NCBI GenBank assembly: GCA_005879975.1
Contig: VBIL01000037.1
Coordinates: 1 to 56,375 of the forward strand
Direction: 5' to 3'
Length of the DNA: 56,375 nt
Origin: Chloroflexota bacterium
GTDB lineage: Bacteria; Chloroflexota; Limnocylindria; P2-11E
Shown here piece by piece: positions 29,193 through 38,001 of this stretch; position 1 is the stretch's first letter; every line of letters begins with the position of its first letter. The notes beneath the pieces are model-generated. The model did not search any database and had not been told where the DNA came from. It worked only from the letters and a program-made list of their open reading frames with translations. A program made the position numbers and the translations under genes.

Positions 29193-29780
29193 GTGGAAGG
29201 GCCACCTCCTCGGATCAAACCCCGAAGCTTGGACGACTACCTCGAGCAGCTATCGAGAGGCGTCTTTCAAGCCGGCATCAGCTGGCGCGTCGTCGAGGTG
29301 AAGTGGGCGGGGATCAGAGCCGCGTTCCACCGGTTCAGGGTCGAACGTGTCGCACGGATGAGCGACCGCGAGATCGACGAAGTCGCGCAGGACGAACGGG
29401 TGATCCGGAGCCGCCCGAAGATCGCCGCCGTCGTGCACAACGCGCGCACGCTGCTCGACCTCGAGCGTGCGGGCGGCTTCAAGCGCCATCTTGGTTCGTT
29501 TCACGAGTACGAGGAGTTGGCGACCGATCTCAAGAAGCGGTTCAAGTTCGTCGGCGACAGCGGCGCGTACCACTTCCTCTACACCGTGAGCCACCCGGTG
29601 CCGGACTGGCACGACTGGGCGAAGGCGCACGGGATCATGTGGGGCGCGAAGACTAAGCGGCCGGCGCGATCTCCAGGTCGATCGGCTCCTCGCGGACGAA
29701 AAGCGTCACGACCGTCGCCGCGAGCGCCGCGGCCGCGAAGCAAAACGCGCCAAGGGACCAAAAGCCGAGCCCGTCGATAA
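29193..29780 (+). CDS. tag: DNA-3-methyladenine glycosylase I family protein with basic tail
   Basis: FQAGISWRVV, FHRF, IRSRPKIAAVVHNA, LKKRFKFVG. Confidence 0.85.
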   Translation: MEGPPPRIKPRSLDDYLEQLSRGVFQAGISWRVVEVKWAGIRAAFHRFRVERVARMSDREIDEVAQDERVIRSRPKIAAVVHNARTLLDLERAGGFKRHLGSFHEYEELATDLKKRFKFVGDSGAYHFLYTVSHPVPDWHDWAKAHGIMWGAKTKRPARSPGRSAPRGRKASRPSPRAPRPRSKTRQGTKSRARR

Positions 29781-30840
29781 GGATGCCCCCAACTGCGGCG
29801 CCGGCCACGATGCTCGCGCTGGTGACGGAAGCCGATAGTGCGAGGAGTGTTCCCCGGGCTTCGGGAACCTGTTCGGTGAGCAGCGTCGTGTTGGACGCGA
29901 AACGCGCGCCGATCACCGCGGAGAGCGCGAGGTTCAGAAGGGCGGTCGGGACGAGCGGCGGCGTGAGATTCGTCTGAAACAGGAGGAGCGCGCCCGAGAC
30001 GAGGACGCTGCCGGCGACCACGGGTTTGTGTCCGATGCGCGCACCGAGCCTTCCGCCGAGCTGACTTCCGACGAGCACCCCGAGGCCCTGCGTCAGCGCG
30101 AAGGTTGAAGCGAGTCCCTGCGACAGCCCAAAGCTCTGCTCGAAGAAGACGACGATGTACGTCGCCCACGTGAACCAGTAGAGAGCGCCGAGAAGGCTCG
30201 ACGCGATCGCGCCGAGCGCCGAGCGGTTTGTGACGATCGAGTGGTACAGCTCGCGCACGCGCGCGCTGTTGAGCGGTGTCTGCGCGGGACGCAGCTTCCA
30301 GAAAATCAGCCCTGCGGCCGCGATCGAAAGGACACCGACGATCGCCACCGACACGCGCCAGCTCGTCCCCTCGGCAACGATCCCCGCGAGCGGGATCCCG
30401 ATCACGGAGGCCATCGTGTTGAGGCCGATCACCGTCGACATCGCCGTCCCGCGTTCCCGATAGGGCACGTTGTCGCCGACGGTGGCGGTGACGTTTGGCC
30501 AGATCACCGACGAGCCGATGCCGGCGATCATCCGCGTCGCCACCAGCACCGGAAAGCTCGTCGCGAATGCCGACAGCACCGTGAAGACGCCCATGATCAG
30601 CGACCCCGCGACGAGAAAGCGCTTGCGCCCGAATCGGTCCGAGTACGGACCCGTAAGGACCGCCACGAGGATGCCCGGGGCGCCGTAGGCCGCGACGACC
30701 AGACCCGCCGTCCCCGTGGTGATCCCGAACTCGCCGCCGATCTGCGTCAACACGGGTGCGAATACCACGCCGACGTACACGGCGGCGAATGTCAGGAAGC
30801 CGAGCAGCCCGAGGAGGGCCCGGCGCTCGCCCGGGCTCAA
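29653..30840 (-). CDS. MFS transporter
   Basis: GPYSDRFGRKR motif A, about 12 TM; TTG start overlaps upstream TGA. Confidence 0.9.
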   Translation of the reverse strand: MSPGERRALLGLLGFLTFAAVYVGVVFAPVLTQIGGEFGITTGTAGLVVAAYGAPGILVAVLTGPYSDRFGRKRFLVAGSLIMGVFTVLSAFATSFPVLVATRMIAGIGSSVIWPNVTATVGDNVPYRERGTAMSTVIGLNTMASVIGIPLAGIVAEGTSWRVSVAIVGVLSIAAAGLIFWKLRPAQTPLNSARVRELYHSIVTNRSALGAIASSLLGALYWFTWATYIVVFFEQSFGLSQGLASTFALTQGLGVLVGSQLGGRLGARIGHKPVVAGSVLVSGALLLFQTNLTPPLVPTALLNLALSAVIGARFASNTTLLTEQVPEARGTLLALSASVTSASIVAGAAVGGILIDGLGFWSLGAFCFAAAALAATVVTLFVREEPIDLEIAPAA

Positions 30841-32202
30841 GCGACCGGGCGACCGGCGAAGGCGTGCAGGAAGCGACCGAAGGCGCGGATATGGTCGAAG
30901 TAGTCGACGATCGCGATGTTCTCGTTGGGTGCATGGTTCGCCGACGCCGCGTTGCCCGAGCCGAATCCTGCGGCCGGAATGCCGAGCTTGTCGCACACCT
31001 GCGCCATCGGCCCGGATCCGGCGAGCAGCGGGTAGACCACCGGCTCCGTGCCGTAGGTCGCGCGGCACGCATCGACGGCGGCGCGCGCGGTGATCGAGTC
31101 CGTGGGCCAGCGCGAGGGCGGCTCGCCGTGTCCGGGAACGATCTCGACGTCGCCGAAGCCGCGCCCGTCGAGGTGCGCTCGGAGCAACGTGGTCACCGTC
31201 TCCGGGGTGAGGTCGGGCACGAGCCGGAAGTCGATCTTCGCGCTCGCCACCGCCGGCAGCACGGTCTTGGATCCGGCGCCGGTATAGCCCGACACGATCC
31301 CGCAGATCGTGCAGGTGGGCTCGAAGAAGTGTTTCGTCTTGAGCTCGACCCCGGAGAGGCCGCGCACGAAGCGCTTGATGCCGTGGATGCGCAGCATGCC
31401 GGGCTCGTCGAAGGGAAGCCGCTCGAGCGCCTGTAGCTCCGCCGCGGTCGGCGGCCGCACCCGGTCCATGAAGCCGTCGATCGTGATCTCGTCCCGTTCG
31501 TTCTTGAGCGACGCGAGCGCCCAGACCAGGCGCCAGGCCGGATTGGGAACGATCGTCGCGAGCGAGGAGTGCGCGTCCTTGCTTGCTGCGCGGACGCGGA
31601 GCTGCACGTACGCGATCCCCTTAAGCCCGCACGAGATCGTGGGTCGGCCGGCGGCGTCCTTGTACCCCGCCTCCCAGATGCAGCCGTCGGCCTTGAGCCG
31701 GTCGCCGAACCGCTCGACGAACGCCGCGAGGTGGGCCGAGCCGCTTTCCTCTTCGCCCTCGTAGAGGACGCGAACGCGCAGCGGCAGGTCCCCCATCGTC
31801 GCGCGGTACGCCTCGATCGCCTGCAGCCGAGCCATGAGGTTGCCCTTGTTGTCGGAGACGCCGCGCCCGAAGAGGTAACCGTCGCGCTCGGTCGGATCGA
31901 AGGGTGGCGTCTCCCACTCGTCGAGCGGATCGGGAGGCTGCACGTCGTAGTGGGTTGTAGACGAGGACCGTACGCGGACCCTGCCCCGTCTCGCCCACGA
32001 TCGTCGGCGGTCCGCCATCCACGCTGAGCGCGGTGGCGTCGACTCCCGCCCGACGCGTCCGCTCGAGCACGATCCGCGCCGTGTCGGCCACGCCGATGCC
32101 CTGCGCTGAGACGGTCGGCTGTCGGATCAGGGCCTTGAGCTCGTCGATGTACTCGGGCACCCGGTCGCGCACGTACGCGTCGAACTCCGCGAAGCCCATC
32201 AC
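30837..32202 (-). pseudogene. M20/M25/M40 metallopeptidase with a 1-nt frameshift at 31952-31954
   Basis: LVYN|HYDVQP is broken by one extra C; GRGVSDNKG, EGEEESGS, HAPNE intact. Confidence 0.88.
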
Positions 32203-32218
32203 GCGATGCAGGCTATCG

Positions 32219-32518
32219 CTAGGTCGGGACCGTCGTCGTTCGAGTCTTGCTCTTGCCGAGCTCGCAGCGCGGCGAGACGGGCGTCACCTCGATCCATCGT
32301 TTCTGGCAGAGGTAGTGAACGATGCCATCGACGTCTTCGAGCGTTTCACGGCGATAGACCTTCGCGCGCGGGATCATGTACATGCAATCACCGCAGTTCA
32401 CCGGAAGGGCCGGCCGCGGACGATTGGCGGCGCGCGCGACGGCGAGCGCGAAGATCAGGCTGCCGATCGCGAACGCGGCGACGATCACGACGATGAGAAC
32501 GATCCCAAAAGTACCCAT
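32219..32518 (-). CDS. Small membrane-anchored four-cysteine protein
   Basis: N-terminal TM then C-x2-C-x25-C-x13-C; GGGAGG upstream. Confidence 0.72.
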   Translation of the reverse strand: MGTFGIVLIVVIVAAFAIGSLIFALAVARAANRPRPALPVNCGDCMYMIPRAKVYRRETLEDVDGIVHYLCQKRWIEVTPVSPRCELGKSKTRTTTVPT

Positions 32519-32568
32519 ATCCGCCGTGGCCTCCCGTGCGTAATGAACGGTACAGGAGGAGATCGTTG

Positions 32569-32739
32569 ATGACCGCTCGTGCGCTCCTGCTCATCGGCGT
32601 GCTCGTGACGGGCCTTCTCGCGGCCTGCGGCGGCGCGGGATCCGGTGGAGCGGGCGGGACCGGCGCTCCGGCGAGGTTCACGCCGATCCCCGCGAGCGGC
32701 ACCCCCGCGCCGTCGGACCCATACGATTACGGGTATTAG
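32569..32739 (+). CDS. Micro-lipoprotein (56 aa), Gly/Pro-rich, ends PAPSDPYDYGY
   Basis: AGGAGG RBS; lipobox LLAAC. Confidence 0.75.
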   Translation: MTARALLLIGVLVTGLLAACGGAGSGGAGGTGAPARFTPIPASGTPAPSDPYDYGY

Positions 32740-33673
32740 GTTCGGCATACACATTGGCCATCTCGGCGGCCCGCTCGATGAGATGCGACGATTGTGGCGA
32801 TTCGCGGACGAGCGCGGGTTCGACTGGTTCTCGCTATCGGATCATTTTCAGGAGACGCCACCACAAGGTGGGGACATCGACTGCTTCGAGTCGATCGCCA
32901 CGCTGTCTGCCGCGGCCCTGGAGACGACGAAGGTCCGGGTCGGTTGCCTCGTCTTCTGCGTCGGCTACCGGCACCCCGGCGTTCTCGCGAAGGCGATGAG
33001 CACCGTCGATCACCTATCCAAAGGACGTGCTGACTGCGGCCTGGGTGCGGGGTGGGACGAGGTCGAGTTCGCGTCGTACGGCATCCCGTTTCCATCCATC
33101 GGCGAGCGCGAGGATCAGTTGGAGGAGTACGCCGAGGTCCTCCGTCTCCTGTTTGATCGTCGTCGCGCCGACTTCAGCGGCACGCACTACAAATTCGTAG
33201 ACGCCCCGAACAACCCCAAGCCTCTCCAAAAGCGGCTGCCTATCTGGATCGGAGGCGCCGGAGAGAAACGGACTCTTCGAACCGCCGCTCGCTTCGCCGA
33301 CGGCTGGAACGCGCCGTATCTCGCGCCGGCGGAGTGGAAGCGCAAGAGCGAGGTACTGGACGCGTGGTGCGTCAAGGTGGGCCGCGATCCCGAGTCGATC
33401 GCGCGGACCATCAACGTCGGGTTCTACATGGGCGCCGACGACGCGGGAGCAAAGCGTCACGAGGAGCGGTACCAACGGCACTGGTCGAAGGACACGCACG
33501 GAGTTACGGGATTCCTGCGCGGCAGGTCGCGCGCGGCCGCGGACGTGGTGGCGTCATACGCAGATGCGGGCGCCCACCGCGTGAACATCGCTCTACGCGA
33601 GGGACCGTACGACTGGGATGCTCTCGAAGCGTTCGTCGACGACGTGATGCCGCAGTTCAAGGAGGCTTCCTGA
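32735..33673 (+). CDS. LLM-class (F420/FMN-dependent) oxidoreductase; probable ATT start
   Basis: (I)RFGIHIG, SLSDHF, VGCLVFCVGYRHP, GLGAGW, IWIGGAGEKRTL, ADGWN. Confidence 0.9.
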   Translation: MRFGIHIGHLGGPLDEMRRLWRFADERGFDWFSLSDHFQETPPQGGDIDCFESIATLSAAALETTKVRVGCLVFCVGYRHPGVLAKAMSTVDHLSKGRADCGLGAGWDEVEFASYGIPFPSIGEREDQLEEYAEVLRLLFDRRRADFSGTHYKFVDAPNNPKPLQKRLPIWIGGAGEKRTLRTAARFADGWNAPYLAPAEWKRKSEVLDAWCVKVGRDPESIARTINVGFYMGADDAGAKRHEERYQRHWSKDTHGVTGFLRGRSRAAADVVASYADAGAHRVNIALREGPYDWDALEAFVDDVMPQFKEAS

Positions 33674-33792
33674 TGCATCGGATCATCGTCGCGCTCTTTC
33701 TGCTCGCAGCTCTGATGACGCTCGGCGGCACGGCCTGCGGTTACGGTGGTGGCGGTGGACAAGGCTCTCCCGCGCCGAGCGTCGGGTACTAG
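33673..33792 (+). CDS. Micro-lipoprotein (39 aa), ends PAPSVGY
   Basis: TGATG coupling to the LLM gene, AAGGAGG RBS, hydrophobic core plus GTAC lipobox. Confidence 0.65.
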   Translation: MHRIIVALFLLAALMTLGGTACGYGGGGGQGSPAPSVGY

Positions 33793-34183
33793 CGAGACCC
33801 CGCGCCTTCGTATCGCACCGTTCACGCACGAGGGCTCGCGGGGAAACTGGATCGTCCGCTGGCGCGTCCGCAACGACGGCACGCGCAGGCTTCGGCTCAT
33901 CTCCGCGACGCAGCCTCATGCGCAGTTTCGAACGCCAGAGAAGGCGCTCGAACAGGAGGTCGCGGCCGGTGCGGAAGGTGATATCGCTTTGCCGGTGCGG
34001 TTCGCCGAGACGCCTGGCAGCCTCGTCGAGAATCCTTTCCTGATCCTCCGCGTCGCGGACGGCGATGTGGTGTGGCGTGTCCTCGCACGCGTGAGCGTGA
34101 CCGCAGGCCCGGGCGGCGAGCCGATCGCCGGCAACACCATATCGATCACGACCCACCGCGTCGGAGCCGTCTCGCGGGACTAG
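33788..34183 (+). CDS. Hypothetical beta-rich (Ig-like) protein; start uncertain
   Basis: WIVRWRVRNDG, PHAQFR, VENPFLILRV, WRVLARVSV. Alternative GTG at 33746 lies inside the upstream lipoprotein gene. Confidence 0.65.
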   Translation, partial: TSETPRLRIAPFTHEGSRGNWIVRWRVRNDGTRRLRLISATQPHAQFRTPEKALEQEVAAGAEGDIALPVRFAETPGSLVENPFLILRVADGDVVWRVLARVSVTAGPGGEPIAGNTISITTHRVGAVSRD

Positions 34184-34192
34184 GCTTTCATC

Positions 34193-34408
34193 GTGGAAGA
34201 GAACGACCGCTACGTCATGCAGCGGATGAAGGGCTGACGCGGCAACTGAAGCCAAGGCTTCGAAGAGACCACGGGTATGGTCTCCAACGTGCTCGAGGTG
34301 GACCAGGACGACCTGGTCAAGCAGCTCAAGACCTTCAAGAAGAAATACGCCGAGGATGCGGAGTACAAGAAGCTGCGCGCGACCCTGCCGAAGGACTGGC
34401 CCTTCTAG
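34193..34408 (+). CDS. Candidate selenoprotein, 71 aa, two in-frame TGA (U-R-G-N-U)
   Basis: GTG 34193 lies 6 nt after TAGGCT; translation MEENDRYVMQRMKG*RGN*SQGFEETTGMVSNVLEVDQDDLVKQLKTFKKKYAEDAEYKKLRATLPKDWPF; TGA at 34235 and 34247; G/C-ending codons on both sides of the TGAs. Confidence 0.7.
34258..34298 (+). promoter_or_regulatory. SECIS-like hairpin
   Basis: Upper stem GAGACCA/TGGTCTC (34265-71/34278-84), loop CGGGTA; lower stem CTTCGA/TCGAGG. The loop is 22 and 34 nt downstream of the two TGAs. Confidence 0.6.
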
Positions 34409-35184
34409 ACCTGCGCGAGCCGCTCCTTGGGCAACCGCACTTCGGGGTGCCGTAGCGCGAGCCGTCCGGTCTTCCCGCTCCAGTAGACGTCGCGCTGGCC
34501 GGTCATCGCCTGCACGTGGCCGTCCCACTCGAAGTTGAACGCCTCGACGCCAAGATGCACCGCGCGCCGGCATTTCTCGCGAACCTCGTCCGTCGTCGCG
34601 TACTCACGAATCGCGGCGATCTGACGATCTCCGTGACCGGTGTCCTGCTCCGCATGAAGCTCGTACGTCGCCGCGGCGCGCCGCGAGAAGCCGTAATGGC
34701 CGGTGAGCTCCTTGTACACACGCGCGGCCGCGCCATCGGGACCACCGTGCATCGCCTCGACGAATGCCAGGAGCGAGATTCCTTCGAGCGCTGAGCGATT
34801 CTGACAACCCGAGCGGATCATCTCGATCGCGGCGAGAGTGCCGGGGGCGGGATCGGCCTGGTCGGCCTGGTCGCGAGCGATGCCCGCTTCGTCAAGCATC
34901 TGCAGCATGATGTCGACGTGGGTCTTCTCGCCCCCTAGCTCCTCCATGAAGTTCTCCATCACGATGTCCATGAGCGCGTAGTTCCGCTCGCTCGCGACAT
35001 TCGTGACGATGTACCCGAAGAAGATCGGATTGGTACGCACGCGCAGGTAGTGCTGGATCTCGCCAAGAGCGATCTGCTCGCGGGTCCACCGGTGTTCGAC
35101 AATGCCCTTGAACCACGGGTGGTCCGGCATGAAGAGCTCGCGGGCGACGCTCCAGAGCTCGTCGATGAATTTCTCGTTCGCCAC
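34405..35184 (-). CDS. Heme-oxygenase-like diiron enzyme (PqqC/CADD/TenA-like)
   Basis: HPWF, ENFMEELG...THVD, AFVE, YELHAEQDTGH, FNFEWD resemble HDO metal ligands. Confidence 0.85.
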   Translation of the reverse strand: MANEKFIDELWSVARELFMPDHPWFKGIVEHRWTREQIALGEIQHYLRVRTNPIFFGYIVTNVASERNYALMDIVMENFMEELGGEKTHVDIMLQMLDEAGIARDQADQADPAPGTLAAIEMIRSGCQNRSALEGISLLAFVEAMHGGPDGAAARVYKELTGHYGFSRRAAATYELHAEQDTGHGDRQIAAIREYATTDEVREKCRRAVHLGVEAFNFEWDGHVQAMTGQRDVYWSGKTGRLALRHPEVRLPKERLAQV

Positions 35185-35221
35185 CAGGAGCCTCACTCTA
35201 CGCGCGATCTCCGCGCGAAGG

Positions 35222-35241
35222 TCCGTATCAACCGATACGGA
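35222..35241. promoter_or_regulatory. Perfect inverted repeat, candidate operator
   Basis: TCCGTATC-AACC-GATACGGA in the divergent promoter region. Confidence 0.5.
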
Positions 35242-35311
35242 ACAGCCGGTCGTACTGCCTCTACTGGGGGGTCGTTGGCGGCACCGGTAAACCCGAGCAT
35301 TTCGGCCGGCG

Positions 35312-36694
35312 ATGAAGTCATCCTTCACCCGCGCCTTCTCGCTCGCGGCCATCGCGCTCGTCTTCTCCGCCTGCGTGCCCGCAGGCCTGGCCTCGACGGG
35401 GATCGCGATCGATCCGCAGACCGTTGTCATCGCGATCACGGAGGAAACGGAGCTGGCCGCCGTGCTGAGCGGGGGTGCGCCGTTCGGCCAAGGGACGGTG
35501 CGCTGGTCGGTCGACCCGATCGAGCTTGGCACCGTCGACGCCGGAGGCCGCTTCACGGCCGGACCGCGCAGCGGGAGCGGATCGGTCACGGCAAGCCTCG
35601 GAACGCTCTCGGCGACCGCTCATATCACCGTCAGTTGTCCGACTTCGCGTTTCGTCCGGGGGATCACCTTCAACGTGTGGTGCACCGATTCGGCCGATGT
35701 CTATGTGGACGCTCGTGTCTCGGGAGATGACGCCGCGGCGGTGGCGGCCCTCGCCGAGTCGGACACGGCCGCTGTGCAGAAGGACCTCGCCCGGTCGTTC
35801 CACACGCGCGCTCTCATCTACGTCTTCGCCGACACCTCGTCCTACCTGCCGGGCGTCCGTCACATCTTCGGCGAACGAACGGGGGCGACCGCGATGGAAA
35901 CGGACGCTTTCTTCGCGCCGTGGGTGGACGCGATCGCGGTGGACTGGCACCAGATGTCGCGCGACGTCCCCATCACCGGGCTCCGTCACGAGCTGACCCA
36001 TCGCCTGGTATGGCAGATCACCGGGTCCCGGACGTCGCGGGCCGAGCTGGATGGACTGCAGAAAGCGCCGGCTCCGGACGTGCCCGCATGGCTCGACGAA
36101 GGCCTCGCTCACGTCGAGGAGAGCACGCTCGCCGGCGCCGGATGGATTGCCGTGCAAGATCGGACCTTCGCCGCGGCCCTCTCGGGCAGCTCGCGGCTGA
36201 CCCTCCGCGATCTGGCGGATCTCCCGAAGTGGAACGCGCGCACCGGGACAGACGGCTACTACCAATACCTCGTCGCGGCTGAGGCGGTCCGATTGCTTCA
36301 GGCCGACCTGGGACAGGAGGGCATCGTCACGATCCTCGAACGGATCCGCGACGGTGCCTCATTCAGCGACGCCTATCGCGTCGTCGCAGGATCTTCGTTC
36401 GACGGGTTCACAGCGGCGTTTGCCGAGCGAATGCGTGCAGCCGTCACCCCATACCCGGGGATCGCGTCCGCGCCCCGCGGAAGGCAGTCGGTCATCATGG
36501 TCTACGGCTTCACGCCGGGGTCGCTTGTCACGTTTTCGGTGAGCGGGCCCGCCGCGCTCACGTCGGTCGAGCACATGGACGAATACGGCAACGCAATGCT
36601 GATCCTGGGAAGCGGATATCCGGCCGGAAGTTACAGCGTCGGCGTCCTTGGCGGTGACGGCAAGGTGCGGCCCATGTACACGTTCACCAAGTGA
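35312..36694 (+). CDS. Lipoprotein zinc metallopeptidase (MA clan) with Ig-like N-terminal domain
   Basis: Lipobox FSAC; LRHELTH (HExxH) and PAWLDEGLA. Confidence 0.85.
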   Translation: MKSSFTRAFSLAAIALVFSACVPAGLASTGIAIDPQTVVIAITEETELAAVLSGGAPFGQGTVRWSVDPIELGTVDAGGRFTAGPRSGSGSVTASLGTLSATAHITVSCPTSRFVRGITFNVWCTDSADVYVDARVSGDDAAAVAALAESDTAAVQKDLARSFHTRALIYVFADTSSYLPGVRHIFGERTGATAMETDAFFAPWVDAIAVDWHQMSRDVPITGLRHELTHRLVWQITGSRTSRAELDGLQKAPAPDVPAWLDEGLAHVEESTLAGAGWIAVQDRTFAAALSGSSRLTLRDLADLPKWNARTGTDGYYQYLVAAEAVRLLQADLGQEGIVTILERIRDGASFSDAYRVVAGSSFDGFTAAFAERMRAAVTPYPGIASAPRGRQSVIMVYGFTPGSLVTFSVSGPAALTSVEHMDEYGNAMLILGSGYPAGSYSVGVLGGDGKVRPMYTFTK

Positions 36695-36729
36695 GTCGCT
36701 AGCCGAAGTCGTCGCTAGGCTTACTGATC

Positions 36730-37956
36730 GTGGAACCCGGCCTGTACGTGACCTTCTTTACGCAAGGCACCTCGTTCGAGAACGACCTGCCGCCCGTCGG
36801 TCCCCTCGAGCATCTCGTCATCGTCGATCGACGGATCGTGGCCGACCGCAAGTCGGTCCACCACACCGATCGCTCGGGCGGCGGTAACCGATGGATCCAG
36901 GCGGAGCTCGAGCTGCAGCGGGCGATGGGCAATGAGCCGGGCGGCGCGCGCCATCCCGACATCCGTGTGGGGGCCCCGGGTGGTGTGTACCTTCGATTCG
37001 CATCGTTCGGCGATGTGCCGGAACCGAATGCCGTACCCGAGCTCGGGCCCTTCGCCATCGTTGTCCTTGGCCGAAACGGGCTCGAAGCGGACGGAGAGCT
37101 GATCGCGACGCGGACGGGGACCAAGCGCACGCTGTGGGAGCTCACGAGGGCCGCAGGCAAGAAGCTCGAAGGGGTCGTTCGGCCGGACATCGCGTTTCGG
37201 AGCTCGACGACCGTCTATCACCCGAAGGTTCGTGCGGCGCAACCGCGTCCCGGGATCGTAAGCCGCATCGCGCGGCCCCCGGCCAATCCGCCGATTCCGG
37301 CACCGACCGTCGCGAGGCCCGTGGAGCGAGGGCTGGCCCCTCCGGTCGCGCCGACGGGCATCGATGAGCCAACCGGAACCCTGTTGAATCGGATCACCGC
37401 CACCCCCCGCGTTGAGGAGCGTCGGTCCGTCCAAAGAGACGAGGACTCGAGCTGGCGGGAGATCCTGTGGCGCGCTCGGTTCGTGATCACCGCGGTGCTC
37501 GTTGCCGCCGTCGTCGTATTCGGGTTCACGTCGCTCCGGACGTCCCTCACGACCCCGTCGACGAACGTCGTCGGCCTCGGCAAGGTGATCAGTGGGCCGC
37601 GCTGGGATTACCAGGTGGACAACGTCTCGCGTGCGCCGACGGCCGGAAGGGCTCGCCCCCAAGGGGTGTACCTGGTCGTCCGCGTCGCCGCCACGAATCG
37701 TGGCTCCGCCGGCGCGCGGATCGTGCCCAGGGACTTCGTCGTGGTCGACGCGAGCGGCGGAGAACACACGGCCTTGCCCGAGACGGACCCCGCCTATTTC
37801 AGCGACCAAAACACCAATTCGCCCTATGTTTGGACGAACTCGTACCCGGTCGGGCGGGCAGCGCCCCTGACGCTCATCTTCGACGTCAGCCCTTCGCTCA
37901 AGGGTCTACAGCTGGTGGCCGCAGAGGTGCCCGGGACGCGCGTCCGCCTCGATTGA
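36730..37956 (+). CDS. Membrane protein with C-terminal DUF4352-like Ig domain
   Basis: Cytoplasmic N-domain, Pro linker, one TM, then GVYLVVRVAATNRG...DFVVVD...LIFDV. Confidence 0.75.
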   Translation: MEPGLYVTFFTQGTSFENDLPPVGPLEHLVIVDRRIVADRKSVHHTDRSGGGNRWIQAELELQRAMGNEPGGARHPDIRVGAPGGVYLRFASFGDVPEPNAVPELGPFAIVVLGRNGLEADGELIATRTGTKRTLWELTRAAGKKLEGVVRPDIAFRSSTTVYHPKVRAAQPRPGIVSRIARPPANPPIPAPTVARPVERGLAPPVAPTGIDEPTGTLLNRITATPRVEERRSVQRDEDSSWREILWRARFVITAVLVAAVVVFGFTSLRTSLTTPSTNVVGLGKVISGPRWDYQVDNVSRAPTAGRARPQGVYLVVRVAATNRGSAGARIVPRDFVVVDASGGEHTALPETDPAYFSDQNTNSPYVWTNSYPVGRAAPLTLIFDVSPSLKGLQLVAAEVPGTRVRLD

Positions 37957-37961
37957 GCGGA

Positions 37962-37984
37962 GGAGGCGCGAGACTCGCGCCTCC
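37962..37984. terminator. Hairpin between convergent genes
   Basis: GGAGGCGCGAG-A-CTCGCGCCTCC. Confidence 0.6.
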
Positions 37985-38001
37985 CCCTCGTCACACGTAC
38001 C

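Noticed and set aside
34235-34249. Genome-wide TGA reassignment (Trp or Gly) as the explanation for the in-frame TGAs
   Set aside because: TGA terminates many clear genes here (tadA, tadB, ccdA, murA, ABC permeases) and Trp is encoded by TGG, so any recoding must be site-specific.
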